From positions 1 through 25,676 of IMG/VR virus record IMGVR_UViG_3300048998_000137: a DNA stretch of 25,676 nucleotides, one strand, 5' to 3'. Shown in pieces: positions 21,253 to 25,676 of this stretch. The DNA comes from a virus (lineage: Duplodnaviria; Caudoviricetes). The position numbers and the translations under genes are program-made. Every line of letters begins with the position of its first letter. Positions within the stretch are counted from its first letter, which is position 1. The notes beneath the pieces were generated by a model that did no database searches, was not told the origin of the DNA, and worked only from the letters and a program-made list of their open reading frames with translations.

Positions 21253-22155
21253 TCAGATGAGGAAGCCGTGCAGGCGCAACAGCCGCAGCGCCTCGGCGCG
21301 GTTGTTGCCGGCCTGGGCGTAGATGCCCTCGGGCATAAGCCGCGGGCGCCGCCCGGCGGCCTCGTGGGTGAACAGTTGGCCGTCGTACGCCGTGTAGAGC
21401 CGGTTGGCCCGGCGCGCGTTGACGACCTTGGACAGGTCGGCGCCGTCGCGGATCGCTTGCGCGCCGGCCTTGCCGAACACCCGGTCCTGCTCGGCGGCGT
21501 CCATCGCGCCGAACGCCGCCCGGGGGTTGGTGGTCAGCGCGCCGGCGACGTCCTCGGACGCGGGGATGTGCCGGCAGTCGCAGCGAGGATGGCGCTGGAA
21601 CCCGGTGTTCCACCGGTAGTGCCGCCCGGCCAGCGCGATGCACCGCGAGCAGGACGGCGCCGAGAGCATCCGGACGTAGCCGGTCACGGTCGGGCGCGCC
21701 GCGATGGCCACCCCGTCGGCGGTGCGGCCGGCGTCGGCGACCTGGGTGCGCACGATCATGTCCAGCTCGGCGAGCCCCGCCGTGATGGCCCGGCCGGGGG
21801 TGCGGCCGAGTTTCAGTTCGGTGAACGCCCGCGGGACCGGCTGATACAGCAGCCCGGCGAGGTTGCGGCCGTCGGACGCGACGCCGGCCAACTGCGCCAC
21901 GTTGACCCGGCCGGCGGCGGCCGCGATGATGCCTTGCGCTTCAAGGGCGTCATCGACGTACACCCCGGCGGACGCCGCTGCGATGCCTTGGGCTGAGGCG
22001 AGCACGCTGACCGCCTGCGGCAGCAGTGCCCGCCAGGACCCGGACAGGTTGCCCCGGTCGACCTGGCGCCACAGTGTCGCGATCCGGTCGGCGGTCCGCC
22101 GGGCCAACGTGACCTGGCGCCGGTAGTGCGCCTGTGCCACGGTCTCGACGGACAC
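21253..22155 (-). CDS. MuF-like minor head / capsid maturation protein
   Basis: GYVRML...CSRC.ALAG...FQRHPRCDC motif; between the portal and scaffold genes. Confidence 0.82.
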   Translation of the reverse strand: MSVETVAQAHYRRQVTLARRTADRIATLWRQVDRGNLSGSWRALLPQAVSVLASAQGIAAASAGVYVDDALEAQGIIAAAAGRVNVAQLAGVASDGRNLAGLLYQPVPRAFTELKLGRTPGRAITAGLAELDMIVRTQVADAGRTADGVAIAARPTVTGYVRMLSAPSCSRCIALAGRHYRWNTGFQRHPRCDCRHIPASEDVAGALTTNPRAAFGAMDAAEQDRVFGKAGAQAIRDGADLSKVVNARRANRLYTAYDGQLFTHEAAGRRPRLMPEGIYAQAGNNRAEALRLLRLHGFLI

Positions 22156-22158
22156 GCG

Positions 22159-23598
22159 TCACGTCGCCGGTATGGGTGGTCCGGCGTCGGTCGCCGGCGG
22201 GGCGGCCTGACCCTGGGCGCGGGTAAGCGCCCCGAGCGGGTCGAGGGCGGCCTGTGCCTCGGCCATGTCCTGCCAGCGCCGGATCTCGACCTGTGAGGCG
22301 CCCCAGCGTTCCCAGAGGGCCTCGTTCGGCACGCCGATCGTGGACATCTTGACCAGCGCGTCGACGAGTTCGCCCTCGGTGCGGAACTCGGGGTTGCGCC
22401 AGATCGTCTCGATGGTCTCGTCGGGGGAGCCGACGCCCTGAGCGCGCCGGGCGAGACCGATGACCTGCTCGAAACCCTCGCCGTACGAGCGGGCGCGCTG
22501 GCGGACCTTGCTCACGAGGCCGGACTCGGCCGCCTTGAGGGTCTGGCCGTTGACGTTGGACATCTCGCCGAGCAGGTATTGAGCCGGCGTGCGGGTGCGC
22601 GACGCGATGTCCTTGACGTCCTCGCGCTTGGCCGCGCTGTAGGGGTCCAGGGCGGCCGCGTCCCACTGTCCGAATCGGGTTTCGGCCATGTCGGAGGTGA
22701 TCATGCGGTCGCGGCCGACGTCGATGCGGGGGTTGGCGTTGCCATCGGCGTCGGTCTCGGGGTAGCCGGTCGCCCACTTCTGCGGGAACGCCCCGAAGTC
22801 CTGGGTCATCATCCGGTCGGCGAGGGTCTTGCAGATCCGGTCCTGCACGGCCACGACGTCGGCGATTTCCGAGGTGCCGCCAGTCAGCAACCGGGGGTTG
22901 TTGGCCAGCTCGATCAGCGGGACGACGGCCAGGGGGTTCGGGGCGGGCCACGGCTCACCGCGCACCGCGCGGGGGGTCCAATCCGGTTTGACCCCAGCGG
23001 TCGAGAACTGCGGCCGGGGCGCCTGGAACTTGTAGACCGCGTCGGGGAGGTACAGCGTCGCGTTCCACAGGTCCGCCCAGTCGTCGGCCCACACCTTGAG
23101 CCCGGCGGCGCGCTGGCGCCGGCCGGTGCCGGGGACGTACGCGACGATCGCCTGCGAGGGGTGCTCGGCGAACAACTGCGGCAGGCCGCCGTCGCGGCCG
23201 GGGGCGACCAGGACGTACGACTGCCCGGTGATCAGGGCCTCAAGGATCGCCTGATCAGAGTCGTTATCGAAGTTGCTGGCCTGCCACATGTCCCATGTCG
23301 GTTCGTCGGCGTCGGGGGCGCCGCCGATCCGGAAGCCCTCGACGGCGAGCCGCTCGGCGGTCGCGTCGATCACGAGACCCATGTAGTTGCTCTTGGTCAG
23401 CATCAGCAGCCGTTGGAACTCCGCACGGGCCTGCTCGGCGAGCCACGGCAGGCGCGATGGGCGACCCTGGTAGTACGCGTCGAGTTCCTCAATGGACAGC
23501 CGGTTTGCGTCGCTGGTCATGCGCCGGTAACTGAGTTCGCGGTACAGCCGATCGACCCACCACAACGGGGACAGCACAGGGTGCACCGAGTCGGCCAC
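22159..23598 (-). CDS. Portal protein (SPP1 gp6-like)
   Basis: 479 aa after the terminase; YYQG, NYMGLVIDATAERL, NPLAVVPLIELAN, AFPQKWATG and ETIWRNP motifs. Confidence 0.93.
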   Translation of the reverse strand: MADSVHPVLSPLWWVDRLYRELSYRRMTSDANRLSIEELDAYYQGRPSRLPWLAEQARAEFQRLLMLTKSNYMGLVIDATAERLAVEGFRIGGAPDADEPTWDMWQASNFDNDSDQAILEALITGQSYVLVAPGRDGGLPQLFAEHPSQAIVAYVPGTGRRQRAAGLKVWADDWADLWNATLYLPDAVYKFQAPRPQFSTAGVKPDWTPRAVRGEPWPAPNPLAVVPLIELANNPRLLTGGTSEIADVVAVQDRICKTLADRMMTQDFGAFPQKWATGYPETDADGNANPRIDVGRDRMITSDMAETRFGQWDAAALDPYSAAKREDVKDIASRTRTPAQYLLGEMSNVNGQTLKAAESGLVSKVRQRARSYGEGFEQVIGLARRAQGVGSPDETIETIWRNPEFRTEGELVDALVKMSTIGVPNEALWERWGASQVEIRRWQDMAEAQAALDPLGALTRAQGQAAPPATDAGPPIPAT

Positions 23599-23612
23599 GG
23601 TGCCCCCTGTCT

Positions 23613-25202
23613 CTAGTAGCCGCGGACGCGGCCGGTCACCCGGGTCAAGCTCTTGCGGTTGAGGCCGGCCTCGATGGCGTCGGCGCGGGCCTCGTACGCC
23701 AGGGCGGCGCCGACCACACAGTCGATCTTTCGGGGGGACTGGTCGTGCTCTTTGCGCACAAGGCGGTGACCGCCCTTACGGCGCACGAACGCGTTGCCGA
23801 AGTGCTCGGTCAGGACCGGGTCACCGGAGTGCCACAGTTGCCCGGTCATCAGGTCGGTACGCAGACGGTCGAGGGCTGCGGCCATCGCGATGTCGCGTCG
23901 GGTCTCCCACGAGATGACCCGCTCGGCGCCCAACCGCTCGGCGAGGGTGTCGATGTCGGAGCGCCACTCGTGCGGGTCGGCGTAGAGCCGGGCCACCCGG
24001 TAGCGGCTGAACGCCTCGCGGACCGCGGCGAGCACGTCCGAGCGGGGGACCTCCCACCAATTGCCCTCGGGGCCGGTGGGCTTAGCCCAGATGCCGACCG
24101 GGAAGACGAACCCGTCGGAGATCCGCGAGCCGATCAGCACCGTGGCATCGTCGCGCAGCGACCCGTCGAACCCGAGAGCGATCTCGGTGCCGGGTGCGAC
24201 GACCTCGGCGCGGGCCTGGCGCTCGACCACGTCCAGCGCGATCCAGGCGTCCTTGGTCGAGATCGCGCGGTTGAGGTAGTAGCGGGCCGCGGTCGCGTCG
24301 TCGGGGCAGATCCGGGGGTCGCGCATGTTGCGGTAGATCCGGTCGAGGTCCATCCAAGCGGCACCCTCGCCGTACACCTGGCGCAGTTGCGCCTTGGTGT
24401 GCTCGGCGTCGTCCAGGTCGATGCGGCCGCGGGCCTCGCGGTGGTCGACCAGCACGGACGTACTCAGCTCGCCCTTACGCCAGGCGGTGAGGGTGTCCTC
24501 GGCGACGGACTGCTCGCCGGGACGGTACGCGGTGGTCGTCTGCAGGAGCCACGGCTGGTCGCGCTTGCCCAGGTTGCGGCTGATCGTGCCGTACATGCTC
24601 TTGAGTTCGCGCAGCACGTAGAGATGGGTCTCGTCGGCCACGACGAACGTCTCTTTGCCGCCGTCCTTGGACGCCGAACCCGAGGTGCACGCCCGGATCT
24701 CGCCGCCCTGCGGTAGGTAGAGCGCGGTCGCCGACTGGTAGTTGCGGGCGCCGGTGACGCGGCCGTAGACCTCGGGGTGGACGTCCTTGCCCCACTCGCC
24801 GCAGATGTAGGCGATGTTCTCGAACGTGTTGCCGGCCTGGCTTTCTTCCGTCGCCAGGGCCTTGATCAGCGGCGTTTTCACGGGGCGCCCGACCGGTTGG
24901 CCGTTGGCGTCCCAGCCGTCGAACCGGACCGGCCCGAGGGCCTCGGCGACGCCGACAAGGCCGGCGAGTTCCGACTTGGCGCGGCCTTTAGGACGGGAGA
25001 GGACCGCCTCGTCGTATACTCGCCGGCCGCTCACGGGGTCGATCCGGTAGCTCTCGACCAGGAACCGCAACCACTCGCGGTCGAGGTCCAGGGGGTCGCC
25101 GGCGATGTCGCCGGGGCCGTGGCAGCAGAACTCGGTGATCCAATCGGCGACCTCGTAACCGAGGCTCGGGACGTGGCCGTCGAACTGCGGCTCAAACGGC
25201 AC
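23613..25202 (-). CDS. Terminase large subunit
   Basis: Walker A-like SRPKGRAKS, Walker B FVVADETH, TTTA coupling motif, nuclease LGFDGS..DD and KIDC; GTG at 25202 follows the small subunit stop (alternative start 25262). Confidence 0.95.
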   Translation of the reverse strand: MPFEPQFDGHVPSLGYEVADWITEFCCHGPGDIAGDPLDLDREWLRFLVESYRIDPVSGRRVYDEAVLSRPKGRAKSELAGLVGVAEALGPVRFDGWDANGQPVGRPVKTPLIKALATEESQAGNTFENIAYICGEWGKDVHPEVYGRVTGARNYQSATALYLPQGGEIRACTSGSASKDGGKETFVVADETHLYVLRELKSMYGTISRNLGKRDQPWLLQTTTAYRPGEQSVAEDTLTAWRKGELSTSVLVDHREARGRIDLDDAEHTKAQLRQVYGEGAAWMDLDRIYRNMRDPRICPDDATAARYYLNRAISTKDAWIALDVVERQARAEVVAPGTEIALGFDGSLRDDATVLIGSRISDGFVFPVGIWAKPTGPEGNWWEVPRSDVLAAVREAFSRYRVARLYADPHEWRSDIDTLAERLGAERVISWETRRDIAMAAALDRLRTDLMTGQLWHSGDPVLTEHFGNAFVRRKGGHRLVRKEHDQSPRKIDCVVGAALAYEARADAIEAGLNRKSLTRVTGRVRGY

Positions 25203-25218
25203 TGGCGCCCCCGTCCGG

Positions 25219-25617
25219 TCAACCCGCCTGGCGCAGCTTGTCGATCGCGGTGACGCCGCCACCGGACTTGTAGACGCCCCGGGCGGGGCGGGCCTGCGGC
25301 CGCTTGCCCGTCTTGACGTCGGGCAGCCGGCACGCGGCGAGGAGCTGTTTCATCTGGTTCGCGGTGGCGTTGGCCTGGGTCAGCGCGCCGTCGATGCGCA
25401 GGTCGTAGACGTCGTCGCGGGCGTGGTGCACGAGCCGCGCCCACGTCGAGATCTCGCCGCGCAGCAGCCGGTCGAGTTGATCGAGGCGGTCCTTGGACCG
25501 GCACGCCTCAAGCAGTTGCACGCGTTGGGGTTCGTCGATGTCCGGGGCATCCGCGAGCACCGCGTCCCAGAGGGCGCGGCCGCCGGCCTCAAGGCCATCG
25601 GGCGTTTTCGATGTCAC
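25219..25617 (-). CDS. Terminase small subunit
   Basis: PDGLEAGGRALW...LLEACRSKDRLDQL...LRLPD-like C terminus; immediately upstream of the large subunit. Confidence 0.82.
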   Translation of the reverse strand: MTSKTPDGLEAGGRALWDAVLADAPDIDEPQRVQLLEACRSKDRLDQLDRLLRGEISTWARLVHHARDDVYDLRIDGALTQANATANQMKQLLAACRLPDVKTGKRPQARPARGVYKSGGGVTAIDKLRQAG

Positions 25618-25676
25618 TGGCGGTCACCCACAGTTAGTTGACGGATCAAGTTTCGGGCTTCGCACTGCGAGCCACC

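Larger units (their letters stand above)
1..25676. mobile_element. Actinobacterial siphophage/prophage region (virion morphogenesis, lysis and adjacent accessory genes)
   Basis: Canonical siphovirus gene order from terminase to lysis on the minus strand, many 1-4 bp gene overlaps, high GC, and actinobacterial markers Lsr2 and DUF397. Element ends are not visible in the window. Confidence 0.96.

Noticed and set aside
23642-23655. GGGTCAAGCTCTTG and GGGGTCAAC (about 5784) as further operator copies
   Set aside because: Half-site matches only, inside coding sequence, without the 23-bp symmetry
1-25676. tRNA/rRNA genes, integrase or att site, gene-transfer-agent or tailocin interpretation
   Set aside because: No such RNA genes or recombinase were recognised; a full head, packaging, non-contractile tail and lysis set with accessory genes fits an ordinary temperate siphophage, although its ends lie outside the window

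Overview
High-GC actinobacterial temperate siphophage or prophage segment. No integrase, att site or host gene is visible, so prophage versus free phage cannot be decided. The minus strand (25617 to about 1735) carries an apparently complete virion and lysis module in this order: small and large terminase, SPP1-type portal, MuF-like head protein, scaffold, HK97-type major capsid, decoration protein, a beta-helix depolymerase-like protein, head-tail adaptor, an inserted four-gene putative neck-fibre cassette (including a lectin-like domain plus 15 x 20-aa repeats), head closure, HK97 gp10-like protein, tail terminator, tail tube, tail assembly chaperone with a -1 frameshift (CCCTTTC), tape measure protein with a C-terminal lytic transglycosylase, only two tail-tip genes, a peptidase-type endolysin and several membrane or holin genes. 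The lysis cassette is split by a solo DUF397 gene and an oppositely oriented lsr2. At the left end a translationally coupled plus-strand operon (HTH protein, two small Zn-binding proteins, a lipoprotein) converges on the lysis genes. The most notable non-coding signals are a 23-bp palindrome (GGGGTCAA-N7-TTGACCCC) present three times, upstream of the HTH gene and the DUF397 gene, and a terminator/hairpin/RBS arrangement with mutually complementary loops upstream of the tail chaperone gene. All product calls come from motif recognition and synteny, not database searches.
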